This document shows, piece after piece, positions 7,879-16,834 of a stretch of DNA of 64,000 bases (within the stretch, counting starts at the first letter, position 1; each line of letters opens with the position of its first letter). This stretch comes from a virus (lineage: Duplodnaviria > Caudoviricetes): IMG/VR virus record IMGVR_UViG_3300008255_000118, positions 1-64,000 of that record, one strand, 5' to 3'. The notes under the pieces are model-generated. The model worked only from the letters and a program-made list of their open reading frames with translations. It had not been told where the DNA came from and searched no databases. The position numbers and the translations under genes were made by a program.

Positions 7879-8253
7879 CTACTTATCTTTAAACAGGTCT
7901 TCATACTTAAAGCTATTACTCATACACCAGTCCTGTAAAGTCTTCTTTTGTCCCCATGTTAGAACTGAGTCCATAGTGTCTAGCCTACTATCATTTGGGG
8001 TACAGTTTCCCAGCACTTTAGTCTGTTTATCCGTCCAGGTTAACAATCTAACCCACCCTAACTTATGTAGAGCTACATGTGGGTAGGCATTAAATGGACT
8101 CTTACATATCTTTTCAATCCTATCTAGGTAAAGTCTAGTCCCATACTTAGTCTCAAAATATTCATAAGCCCATTCATCATGACACATGTACTCTACTTCT
8201 ATAAACTGTCCTGATGGTTTTATCCAAGCATTTGCTTTTCCTTGTAGTTTCAT
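7879..8253 (-). CDS. hypothetical phage protein
   Basis: 124 aa; WI.P.G....V....H..WA and L.KLGWVR pattern seen in phage orphans. Confidence 0.6.
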   Translation of the reverse strand: MKLQGKANAWIKPSGQFIEVEYMCHDEWAYEYFETKYGTRLYLDRIEKICKSPFNAYPHVALHKLGWVRLLTWTDKQTKVLGNCTPNDSRLDTMDSVLTWGQKKTLQDWCMSNSFKYEDLFKDK

Positions 8254-9098
8254 TATCTTATTACTGAAATTCTCTGTAACTGTGTTTGTTTCTCTCCTCT
8301 ATACTCTGTATGCTTCACTGTGCCCTTAACTGTTGTGAATCTCTCTTCATCTAATACTGGAGGAGATCCACCTAGATATTTGTACAACTTGTTATCACGG
8401 CTTTGATAGGTGATGATATAGAATTCACCATAGTCACCATCAAAACTTCTACTGTCAATCTCTTGTAATTCAGTGCTGATTCTCTCTTTATCATTGTGTA
8501 AGTACCCGCCTTGTAATGAATCTATAAGAGCTTGTTTTCTCTCTCTCTCTATTAGAGAGTCTCTATACTTAGGGGAGACCCATTCTCGTTTGTAATGAAC
8601 TAACATTCCCAGCTCAATCATTCTTCTCCTAGCATATACTATTGGCCTTGCCCATTCAGGCCTAACTCTATTCTCCCCTTCAAATACTATTTCTTTCTTC
8701 AAGTATAGACACCAAAGAGCTTTTCTCTCTCCTTCACTAGCTTCTTTATCATCTGTCCCATCAACAAGTTTTCTAATATCACCAAGTTTTCTAATATCAC
8801 CAACTCCCCATCTATGAATATTAGATGGAAACTCCCAATCAGGCCTATCTGTTCCCTTCTCTCCTGTAGTATAAAAGGATACACTTCTACCATATAACTT
8901 TAAGTCTGGTGTTAAGTTAGTGACCCCAAACCTAGCAGCCTTAATCTTGGCTTGTTCTTCATCTTTTGATAAATTCTGTAAGTAAAGATAGTCAACTCTC
9001 CATTCGAAGTCAAATTTTTCAGCTCCGTAATAGTGTTTGTATTCTTCTGAGATATCCCAGAGGGTAAAGTACTGTGTGGCAAATCCGATTCTTTTCAT
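8253..9098 (-). CDS. hypothetical protein with C-terminal OB-fold-like region
   Basis: C-terminal F.GDYG...I..Y...D...Y.Y.G...VKGTVKHTEYRGEKQTQLQR; first gene behind the 9126 promoter. Confidence 0.55.
   Translation of the reverse strand: MKRIGFATQYFTLWDISEEYKHYYGAEKFDFEWRVDYLYLQNLSKDEEQAKIKAARFGVTNLTPDLKLYGRSVSFYTTGEKGTDRPDWEFPSNIHRWGVGDIRKLGDIRKLVDGTDDKEASEGERKALWCLYLKKEIVFEGENRVRPEWARPIVYARRRMIELGMLVHYKREWVSPKYRDSLIERERKQALIDSLQGGYLHNDKERISTELQEIDSRSFDGDYGEFYIITYQSRDNKLYKYLGGSPPVLDEERFTTVKGTVKHTEYRGEKQTQLQRISVIR
8765..8803. repeat. 18-bp in-frame tandem duplication
   Basis: caagttttctaatatcac x2, giving GDIRKL-GDIRKL. Confidence 0.9.
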
Positions 9099-9125
9099 GA
9101 TGATATATTAAAAAGTTTTACAGTA

Positions 9126-9156
9126 TAAAAGTATAAAATTTATACTTATCATCAAA
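9126..9156 (-). promoter_or_regulatory. Bacteroidota-type promoter with embedded palindrome (copy 1)
   Basis: Minus strand TTTG-N19-TACTTTTA; perfect aagtataa-aat-ttatactt at 9129-9147. Confidence 0.75.
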
Positions 9157-9185
9157 CTTTATTTTAATATTTTTTTAAAAATAAT

Positions 9186-9698
9186 TTAAAAGGGACAGTC
9201 ATCACTCTCTTTACCTACTCTCACTCCCATTTCTACTGTAAAAATATTCTTCCCACTGATATCTCTATCTCTCCACTTTAAGTACTTTTCTATATTATCC
9301 GTATTGGTTAGTGCCTGTATGTTATCATAGGTGTAGCCTCTATTCTCCACTATTCTATCAATATGCAAAGAAAACTTTGTTACGCCCTTTCTTTGCATAT
9401 ACTCAGTCTCTTTACAAAACTGTAAAAACTCCTCAAAAATTAGAGAAAATATCTTACTATACTCTTCAACTCTCAGTAGAGATTGAAAGAATGCTTCATA
9501 GGTATCATCATTATACAAATGTCTCTGCCTTGTAGTGTAGTTAATCAGTTTCTCTCGAAAGACTCTTCCAGTCTGTTTAATATCTCTAAGCCAAAATTTC
9601 TCAGCCCCTGTTTCTTCTAGTTTATCAATAGTATCAATCAATATAGTAGACTGTAGAACTATGTTTACAACTTGTTCTCTTATTTCAGTTTCTGACAT
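9186..9698 (-). CDS. hypothetical protein, possible C-terminal HTH
   Basis: 170 aa; C-terminal IVENRGYTYDNIQALT segment is weakly HTH-like. Confidence 0.5.
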   Translation of the reverse strand: MSETEIREQVVNIVLQSTILIDTIDKLEETGAEKFWLRDIKQTGRVFREKLINYTTRQRHLYNDDTYEAFFQSLLRVEEYSKIFSLIFEEFLQFCKETEYMQRKGVTKFSLHIDRIVENRGYTYDNIQALTNTDNIEKYLKWRDRDISGKNIFTVEMGVRVGKESDDCPF

Positions 9699-9721
9699 CT
9701 CTTACAATTAAAAAGTTATCT

Positions 9722-9955
9722 CTAGTACTCAGCTGAATCTAACTGTAATACATAGTCTTCAAATGTAGCTATATCAGCTGAGGCATATGGCCCATAAATA
9801 GTAGTTGTACCATCTGTAAGTACAATATCAATTTGTCCACTAATAAAAGCTCCTGTTACACCATCATTTACTTGAGTTACTGTATAAGATACTATGTGTT
9901 TTATATTGAATCTCTTAGATTCATCATTGCCTAATCTTATGAATGCTTTTGCCAT
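9722..9955 (-). CDS. hypothetical protein
   Basis: 77 aa ORF, beta-rich. Confidence 0.55.
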   Translation of the reverse strand: MAKAFIRLGNDESKRFNIKHIVSYTVTQVNDGVTGAFISGQIDIVLTDGTTTIYGPYASADIATFEDYVLQLDSAEY

Positions 9956-9980
9956 ATTATTGTTCTTTAACTGGGGTTAC

Positions 9981-10289
9981 TTACGGAATTACTTGAATGC
10001 CTATTGATACAATTGGTTTTCTTGTAGTTTGATAAAACACTACAATAGATTTACTTTGAGTTCTTAGCTCCTGTTGTAGAATAGTAAAGTCTTCTTTCTT
10101 AAGTCTAATATCTACAATTTTCCCTCTTTTGATATCTTCTGGGGGAATCTTTCGATATCTATCAGTGATATACCCCCAATTCTTACTTAGAATAAGATCT
10201 AGAGACTTATGTTCTGTTGGTTTGACTCTAAATACTGTTGAGTGACTCCCTTTAGTAAAGTAGAGTTCTAGTTTCTTGTCTTTTTTCAT
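9981..10289 (-). CDS. hypothetical basic protein
   Basis: 102 aa ORF. Confidence 0.55.
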   Translation of the reverse strand: MKKDKKLELYFTKGSHSTVFRVKPTEHKSLDLILSKNWGYITDRYRKIPPEDIKRGKIVDIRLKKEDFTILQQELRTQSKSIVVFYQTTRKPIVSIGIQVIP

Positions 10290-10294
10290 AATAC

Positions 10295-11425
10295 TTATTT
10301 TAGTCCAGTTGAAAGTTTAGCTTTGATAATAGGGTGGTATTGATACTCAAGTAATCTAAACCACTCAGGGTCTAGAGAAGAAAACTTCTCTACATCATCA
10401 ATATCCTGTCTCTCAGAGAGATGAATAAAGTCTCTATGAAACTCTAATCTAGGTAGTGGGCATGGTTTTCTACTAATTTGTTCTACTACTGCTGTGATAT
10501 GATTGTGATATATGTGTACATCCCCGAATGTATGTATGAACTTCCCTGGGACCATGTTGACTATTTTAGCAATAATCTCGATTAGTAAGGCATAGGACGC
10601 TATATTGAATGGCACACCAAGTATAGCATCTGCACTTCTTTGGTATAACTTACAATCAAGATAGTATTTAGGCGGGTTATAGGCTTTGAATATATCTTCG
10701 TAATTGTTGTTGTAACAGACTTCTCGAGGAACATATTCAAGTCTTTCCTCATCTGTTAATGGTCTAGCATTGAATTGAAACAAGGCATGACACCAGTATA
10801 ATGCCAAGTCTTGATCATGGACTGGGTCTATTGCTGTTACGATATGTCTTCTAGACTGTGGGCTATCTCTTAGTGAGTGAATTAGATTAGCTATTTGATC
10901 AATACTTTGATACTTAACATCTATCATATCCTCTCCTGATGAGTAGACTCCAGTTCGTACTGCTATCTCTTTCTGGGTTTCCCAGTCTCTCCAAACTTTC
11001 CCATACTGAAACCCACAGTCGCCTAATGTATAGTTAGGGATAACACTGTTCCCTTCTTCCGTTATAGGAGAGGTCTTACCACTCTTAATAATACTAATAA
11101 AATTTACAAAAGAAATAGGAGATGGCTTCTGAGTATACTCACTTAATCTCTTTAGATAGTAGTTATAGGCATCTTCATTCCAGATATTACAACCATGATC
11201 CACTAGATATTTGATATTAGTGCTCCCTCTTAAGAACCATACTAGTTCGGTAACTATACCCTTCCAGTACATCTTCTTAGTAGTAACTAGAGGGAAACCT
11301 TTTTGTAAATTAAATTTTATTTGAGGGCCAAAGAGAGATGTTGTATCTGGCATCCCTTCTCTAGCTGCTGGCTTATCAATGCCATGTTTACTTATTTTTT
11401 TTACTAGTTTTAGATACTGTTTCAT
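10295..11425 (-). CDS. thyA: thymidylate synthase
   Basis: FPLVTTKK, ELVWFLRG, SRRHIV, catalytic WCH..FQF, YQRSAD..LGVPFNIASY, HTFGDVHIY. Confidence 0.95.
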   Translation of the reverse strand: MKQYLKLVKKISKHGIDKPAAREGMPDTTSLFGPQIKFNLQKGFPLVTTKKMYWKGIVTELVWFLRGSTNIKYLVDHGCNIWNEDAYNYYLKRLSEYTQKPSPISFVNFISIIKSGKTSPITEEGNSVIPNYTLGDCGFQYGKVWRDWETQKEIAVRTGVYSSGEDMIDVKYQSIDQIANLIHSLRDSPQSRRHIVTAIDPVHDQDLALYWCHALFQFNARPLTDEERLEYVPREVCYNNNYEDIFKAYNPPKYYLDCKLYQRSADAILGVPFNIASYALLIEIIAKIVNMVPGKFIHTFGDVHIYHNHITAVVEQISRKPCPLPRLEFHRDFIHLSERQDIDDVEKFSSLDPEWFRLLEYQYHPIIKAKLSTGLK

Positions 11426-11658
11426 TTACTATTCAATTTTAGTTGTTCAATTTTATGTTCAAGATACCACTGTGCCTTCTTAAGATCTTCCAACTCTTTT
11501 GATGGGTCTTTCTTCCCCGCTCTAGCAATATACTTAACAGTATTCCCCAGAGAAAACCCTAATCCCCAGGCATCTATTACCTTAATTGCCTCAAAGGGAT
11601 TGTCTTCACCTCCGTAGTGTGCTGGGTGCCCTACCTCTTTACTACTACTTTCTGCCAA
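11422..11658 (-). CDS. DUF3310 (SaV-like) protein
   Basis: HPAHY...EAI.VI......F.LGN..KYI.RAGKK......DLKKA.WYL; TTG start. Confidence 0.85.
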   Translation of the reverse strand: MAESSSKEVGHPAHYGGEDNPFEAIKVIDAWGLGFSLGNTVKYIARAGKKDPSKELEDLKKAQWYLEHKIEQLKLNSK

Positions 11659-11700
11659 AATTATCTACTATTTTATTAAAAATTATCTACTATTTTATTA
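11657..11700. repeat. 22-bp tandem duplication
   Basis: aaaattatctactattttatta at 11657-11678 and 11679-11700, just upstream of the DUF3310 start. Confidence 0.95.
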
Positions 11701-11701
11701 A

Positions 11702-11883
11702 AAATTCTCTACTCTACTCTCAAGAATTGATGGGTATAGAATATCTATACTCACTCCCAATGTGGGATAGGTGCTCCTCTTAAGTAGAGGTAGAGAATTT
11801 AAGGTAAGAGCTCCAATATTTCCTGACAGAAACTTCTTCCCAATGTCAGTTAAGTGAGAGGTTTCCTTCTCATCTCTTACCCT
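11702..11883 (-). ncRNA. candidate structured ncRNA with two multibranch domains
   Basis: Helices 11702-12/11790-800 (11 bp) plus 11713-18/11783-88; 11734-39/11745-50; 11755-59/11763-67; 11803-10/11874-81; 11823-28/11844-49; 11855-59/11868-72 with GAAA loop on minus. Confidence 0.55.
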
Positions 11884-11893
11884 TTTATACTTA

Positions 11894-12598
11894 CTAGTCT
11901 GAATAGTCTTCCATGTACTTAGTAATTGAGTCTTCAATTAAGTCTAACATAGACATCCCTGTCAACTCTGCAAAATCTTTAATAACTGGCTTAAAGCTCT
12001 TTCTAACCAATAAATTCTCATACTTTTCATCAGTAACTGGTGGCTTCTCTATTCTGGTGGTAGTAAATACTGTCTTGTCTATGCTTAACCCTCTTACCAT
12101 AGCCTTGGTTGTAGGCGATAATTTAGTAATATTGTAACCATAGTAGATTGACTTGTCTACCTCTAGCCCAAACATTTCTGCTATCTCCTTAAACTTCCTG
12201 TTATGATAACCATCTTTAGAAACATCTTTAATATTCTCTTGAAAACACTTCAAGTGTGACATTTCATGTAATAGAGTATTTACTAGTTCTTCTTCTCCAC
12301 CTGTAGAAAGTGTTTCAGCTGAAATATTAATCTCATCATAACTTTTCCCTTCAGAGTTCCACTGATTAGGTATAAACCAACCCAGTGACTGTTTTCTTCT
12401 CCCCCTAGTTTGAATAGTAATAAGTATGTTTGTTGGAAGAGAGCTACCTGTGAACTGTTTATTAAAGAAATCAAATAATCTCTCCAGTTCTTTGATGGCC
12501 CTTCTATACCTATCCTCTACGGGACTAACTTTGTCAGATAATGTTACTGTCACTATCTTCTCACTCTCAATAATCTGTTCTCTACTATTGTCTAACAT
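11894..12598 (-). CDS. SprT-like zinc metalloprotease, possible C-terminal ribbon-helix-helix
   Basis: TLLHEMSH (HExxH) and GYHNRKFK third ligand; C-terminal LLVRKSFKPVIKDFAELTGMSMLDLIEDSI resembles RHH. Confidence 0.75.
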   Translation of the reverse strand: MLDNSREQIIESEKIVTVTLSDKVSPVEDRYRRAIKELERLFDFFNKQFTGSSLPTNILITIQTRGRRKQSLGWFIPNQWNSEGKSYDEINISAETLSTGGEEELVNTLLHEMSHLKCFQENIKDVSKDGYHNRKFKEIAEMFGLEVDKSIYYGYNITKLSPTTKAMVRGLSIDKTVFTTTRIEKPPVTDEKYENLLVRKSFKPVIKDFAELTGMSMLDLIEDSITKYMEDYSD

Positions 12599-12624
12599 AA
12601 TAACGATTTTTAATTAACACGGCT

Positions 12625-12655
12625 TAAAACTAAGTATAATTTTTATACTTACAAA
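12625..12655 (-). promoter_or_regulatory. promoter with embedded palindrome (copy 2)
   Basis: TTTG-N19-TAGTTTTA; perfect aagtataa-ttt-ttatactt at 12632-12650. Confidence 0.8.
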
Positions 12656-12676
12656 CTTTACTATTTATTTTTTTTT

Positions 12677-15190
12677 TTAACCACATTTAGAACTCCCACA
12701 GTCTAGACACTTACTACAGCCTTCTAGAAAAATAACATTCGTTCTATCCCCTGTACAATCTGGGTTTGTACAAAGAACTGTTGATTGACTACCATTAACA
12801 ATATATGTTTTTAGTATTCTACCGATTGCAGCTGTAAAGCTAAACATATCACTCTTTGATTTCTCTAACTGGTCTACTATTCTTACAAGAGGGACACCAT
12901 GACTGAGAGAAACTGATATCAATCTACAAATAGCAGTCTGTTCGTCTGTCATCTTATCTGTTAGAATTCTATGATTATGTTTTGCCCCATTTGTTTTCTT
13001 GAAATAATACTCACCTCTATCTCTTCTAGTAATAATGCCTTGTCCTGTTAAAGTAGTTCCTGTATACCCAAACACTTCATAGGGCTTATCTTCTATGGTG
13101 CCAACAAAGATGCTAAACTCAGTCCCTTTAACAGAGGTAACATAGGCCATACCATCTACCTCTTCTGGCCTCTTAAGCAGCTCTTTCTCCTTAAATACCT
13201 CTTTCTCCTGGCTATCACTAGCTACTAGTATTCCACTTCTAGACCCATCACGATAAACAGTAATACCCTTAAGACCTCTTTTCCAAGATTCGATATAGAT
13301 ATCCCCTACTAAACTAACTGGGACATCTTTTGGTAGATTAATGGTTGAACTTATTGAATGTGTTGTGTACTTCTGTACTAAAGATTGCAACTCTACTCTC
13401 TTCTTCCAATTAATTTCAGATGCAGTAGATCCGGCATAGGGACTCTCATTAGTGTCTGTCTTACCTGTTATCTGTTTCCAGTCCTCTAACTTAGGGTGAA
13501 CAACTTCAAACTCTTCAAAAGAATCACCTGTATTATCAGTAAAATCTATATTGGCATTCTTGTCTTCTCTATTTACTTTTCTTCTTCTCTTGTAGGATAG
13601 CAAATAAACTGGTTCAATCCCTGAAGAGGTTTGAGCCAACATACTTAAGCTCCCTGTGGGTGCTACTGTACTGATTGAAATATTTCTACGACCATATACC
13701 ATCATTCTTTTATAGATGTCAGGAAACTCTCTCTCCATCATCTTTATGAACTCTGATTGATTCTCATACAGTGGATCAAATCCCTTGAACTGCCCTCTTA
13801 CCACAGCCATATCAATACTACTGTCAAACTCTCCTCTTAACTTAGTTTTCATAATCTCATCAACTACTAAAAGAGCTTCATCCCCATCAAACTTCTTGTC
13901 TAAAGCTGCTAAGGTATCTGCCAGTGCAGTAAAACCTAAGCCTGTTCTTCTCCCTTCTCTACCACTTCTGTATAATAACTCCCAGATACTTAGTTCTGTT
14001 CTCTTTATCTCTTCAGGTTCCTTGTCACTACAAATCTTCCTCATTATAGATGCCACTGCTCTAAGCTCTAGGTCTACTAGATCATCCATTAGTCTTTGTG
14101 ATTCATAAACTACCTCATAGAACTTAGAGTAGTTAAAGCTAGCTTTATCAGTAAAAGGGTTCTCAACAAAACTATACAAGTTTATAGCTATTAGTCTACA
14201 ACTATCACCCCCTTGCATTGCTATCTCTGAACAAGGGTTAGTAGAATCATTCTTATAACCTGGGTATATCGAGGAGGTTGAATACTTATGTTGTCTATCC
14301 CAGAATATCAAACCTGGTTCAGCTGTATTATGTGCACACTCTATAATAGTACCCCACAACTCTTTGGCTCTAATTACTTTGGTGTATATTGGTTCTTTAC
14401 TGTCTATTGGGAAACGTAATGTAAAGTCTTCATCCTCTACAACAGCCTTCATAAACTCATCTGAAAGCCTCAATGAAATATTAGCTCCAGTCACCTTGGT
14501 TAAGTCTTGTTTTATAGTTACAAACTCTTCGATATCAGGGTGGGCTATATCCATTGTCAACATCAAAGCCCCTCTTCTACCATTCTGGGCAACTTCTCTA
14601 GTGGTATTGCTAAATCTGTGCATAAATGAAACAGCACCTGTAGTTGAGCCTGATGAATTCTTAACAAAGCTACCACTTGGTCTAAGATTTGACAAATCAA
14701 CTCCAACGCCACATCGTCTTTTAAACAATTGTGCCAATTGTTGATCTGTATGAAAAATACCCCCATAAGAATCATAGACTGGAGGAACTACTACACAATT
14801 TGAAAGAGATGCCATCATATCACTATTACCTAAAGAAGACATAACACTACCCTGTGGTATAGCATACTTAAAGTCTTTAAATAGTTGATAGATTTTCTCT
14901 CTTGTTAGTAGTCTTCTCTCTCTCCCATATTGTGATAACTTTTCCCCGTGTTTTATTTGAGTAATGCCATCATCTCTTGACCACATCAGTTCAACACTCC
15001 CAAATTCCTTGGACATTCTTCTGTGCATATCATCAGGGGTCTTTTCTGAAAACTGCCCTTCTTTTGTTTTCATTGCATACTTGTTAATCCAAGTAGTAGC
15101 TGCTAGTTCATCACCTCTAAAGTACTTTAGTGTCTCCTCTAACACTTCACTATATGTGAAAGTAGTTGGCACTTTTGATTTCTCTGTCAT
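12677..15190 (-). CDS. nrdJ: class II (adenosylcobalamin-dependent) ribonucleotide reductase
   Basis: SLSNC, STNPCSEI catalytic motif, TVAPTG, SGIEP, KGITVYRDGSR, C-terminal Zn ribbon C..C...GC..C..CG; no beta subunit nearby. Confidence 0.9.
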   Translation of the reverse strand: MTEKSKVPTTFTYSEVLEETLKYFRGDELAATTWINKYAMKTKEGQFSEKTPDDMHRRMSKEFGSVELMWSRDDGITQIKHGEKLSQYGRERRLLTREKIYQLFKDFKYAIPQGSVMSSLGNSDMMASLSNCVVVPPVYDSYGGIFHTDQQLAQLFKRRCGVGVDLSNLRPSGSFVKNSSGSTTGAVSFMHRFSNTTREVAQNGRRGALMLTMDIAHPDIEEFVTIKQDLTKVTGANISLRLSDEFMKAVVEDEDFTLRFPIDSKEPIYTKVIRAKELWGTIIECAHNTAEPGLIFWDRQHKYSTSSIYPGYKNDSTNPCSEIAMQGGDSCRLIAINLYSFVENPFTDKASFNYSKFYEVVYESQRLMDDLVDLELRAVASIMRKICSDKEPEEIKRTELSIWELLYRSGREGRRTGLGFTALADTLAALDKKFDGDEALLVVDEIMKTKLRGEFDSSIDMAVVRGQFKGFDPLYENQSEFIKMMEREFPDIYKRMMVYGRRNISISTVAPTGSLSMLAQTSSGIEPVYLLSYKRRRKVNREDKNANIDFTDNTGDSFEEFEVVHPKLEDWKQITGKTDTNESPYAGSTASEINWKKRVELQSLVQKYTTHSISSTINLPKDVPVSLVGDIYIESWKRGLKGITVYRDGSRSGILVASDSQEKEVFKEKELLKRPEEVDGMAYVTSVKGTEFSIFVGTIEDKPYEVFGYTGTTLTGQGIITRRDRGEYYFKKTNGAKHNHRILTDKMTDEQTAICRLISVSLSHGVPLVRIVDQLEKSKSDMFSFTAAIGRILKTYIVNGSQSTVLCTNPDCTGDRTNVIFLEGCSKCLDCGSSKCG

Positions 15191-15216
15191 ATTTAATAAA
15201 TTTATAAAGATAGTGT

Positions 15217-16731
15217 CTATGAAGGGCTTGAACAGTAAACTAGTCTTTTCTTTGCTCTTGTAATTGCTACATATCTTAGATTTTCCTCTTGTGTTTTCTG
15301 GTCTTCCGTTATTGCATACTTAGACGGTATAAGACTGCTATCCATAAAGTATACAGTGTCAGACTCTAGACCCTTAGCTTTGTGTATAGTGGAGAGTATT
15401 GTCCCTGTCTTAGTGTCATCACTAAACATAGATTCTAGACTAGATTTTATTTCTGCAACTGTATAATATTTTCTAGAGAAAACTTCAATAATCTGTATCT
15501 TTTCTTGAAAAGAAACATATTTTGGGTGTTTCTGCCCATTTTCAATCCCTAACTTCTCTAAATCTTTCTGAATACTCTCTAGCTTACTCTGTAATTCTGT
15601 CATTAGTTGACTTGAAAAGGCTACTTTGTATTTAGATACTAAATTTATTAAATTCTGGCCTATATCCTTCCCTTTTACATAAGCTCTTTTCCCTTCTTTT
15701 AGAAACTCAAAGTAAGTCTTTACAAGTGGTGCTGTATTTCTACAGAGAATCATATCTCCTTCTCTAGCATCTAACACATCTCCCTCAAACTCTACAGAAC
15801 CTTGTAAGTTACCTTCAAATGGTTCCATAATGTTGTAAACTGTATTAGCATGTTTTACGATATCTGTACCACATCTATAGCAAACTGATAGTGGCAATTC
15901 TTTTACATTTATCTTATCAAGAAATCTATCAAAAGACTCAGATGATGCCCCAGAAAAGCCATAGATGCTTTGTTTCCTGTCACCACAAGCCACAAATCTA
16001 TTATCTCTAATCACTTTATCTATCAAAACATGTTGTGCCTCATTCAAGTCTTGACACTCATCTATAAAGGTTACTTCAGGGTTAGGCAATACTATCTTGT
16101 TATTTGTGGCTGAGAGATAGATCATATCTGTAAAGTCAATCTCTCTTGGCTTCTCATTATACTTTGTAGACAATATATGAATGTCTAGAACTTTTACAAT
16201 TGTATCTCTTTCATAGTCTATCCCTAATATATCACAAACTTCAATTAGATCTCTACCGCTAGTACACATCTTCATTCTATATAGATTATAGAGGTCTTTT
16301 ATCGAGTAAACTAACTGCCACCAGTTCTTGTCTTTTCTTTTATTTTGTTTCAGCCTTGACTTCTCACTGTCACTTTTATCACTTTTATCAATCATCTCAT
16401 CAGTCCACTTATCAAAGAACTTATCACAGAAGTTAACTGTTTTATTTTCATTCACCTTAAGATTCCCAAAGTGTTGAACTAAACCTCTCATCCCCATACT
16501 ATGAAGTGTCATTATCTTCACTCTAGGTATATAGCCTACTTTCTTATCTAAGTCCTCTACTATTGACTTATTAAAAGCTAGATATATCCCACTTGTCTTA
16601 ACTTTTCTTAAAAGCCCTAGAAGTGTTGTTGTTTTTCCTGAACCAGCTACGGCTGATATTAGAAGATTATCTGTTCCTTGTGTAAATTCTCTATCAATCT
16701 CTACTTGATATGTTGATGGTATAAAACTCAT
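15217..16731 (-). CDS. UvrD/Rep-family SF1 helicase
   Basis: AVAGSGKTT, FIDECQD, GDRKQSIYGF, STIHKAKGLE, YVAITRAK. Confidence 0.9.
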   Translation of the reverse strand: MSFIPSTYQVEIDREFTQGTDNLLISAVAGSGKTTTLLGLLRKVKTSGIYLAFNKSIVEDLDKKVGYIPRVKIMTLHSMGMRGLVQHFGNLKVNENKTVNFCDKFFDKWTDEMIDKSDKSDSEKSRLKQNKRKDKNWWQLVYSIKDLYNLYRMKMCTSGRDLIEVCDILGIDYERDTIVKVLDIHILSTKYNEKPREIDFTDMIYLSATNNKIVLPNPEVTFIDECQDLNEAQHVLIDKVIRDNRFVACGDRKQSIYGFSGASSESFDRFLDKINVKELPLSVCYRCGTDIVKHANTVYNIMEPFEGNLQGSVEFEGDVLDAREGDMILCRNTAPLVKTYFEFLKEGKRAYVKGKDIGQNLINLVSKYKVAFSSQLMTELQSKLESIQKDLEKLGIENGQKHPKYVSFQEKIQIIEVFSRKYYTVAEIKSSLESMFSDDTKTGTILSTIHKAKGLESDTVYFMDSSLIPSKYAITEDQKTQEENLRYVAITRAKKRLVYCSSPS

Positions 16732-16834
16732 TATTCAGTACTGTATTTATCAGCTATTTGTTTCAGCTTTTCTCTATCTCTAGCCTCTCTCTATTGTCCT
16801 TGCTAAGTTTTGCATCTCTAAACCACCTTTTCAT
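16731..16834 (-). pseudogene. small ORF broken by a 2-nt insertion in an AG repeat
   Basis: Removing one AG from AGAGAGAGG gives MKRWFRDAKLSKDNREARDREKLKQIADKYSTE*, with ends overlapping both neighbours. Confidence 0.4.

Noticed and set aside
10295-11425. ThyA homolog acting as a dCMP/dUMP hydroxymethylase for a second base modification
   Set aside because: It keeps the PFNIASY Asn typical of dUMP-specific thymidylate synthase; the insertions are in frame
4299-11700. CRISPR mini-array
   Set aside because: The repeats are adjacent tandem copies without spacers
11702-11883. Hammerhead ribozyme or a known riboswitch class
   Set aside because: No CUGAnGA/GAAA core in the right geometry on either strand, and no TPP, cobalamin, SAM-I or c-di-GMP consensus was visible
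11698-11937. 79-aa ORF from the track
   Set aside because: It overlaps the SprT-like gene end, lacks the local coding skew and coincides with dense base pairing; treated as a likely spurious ORF
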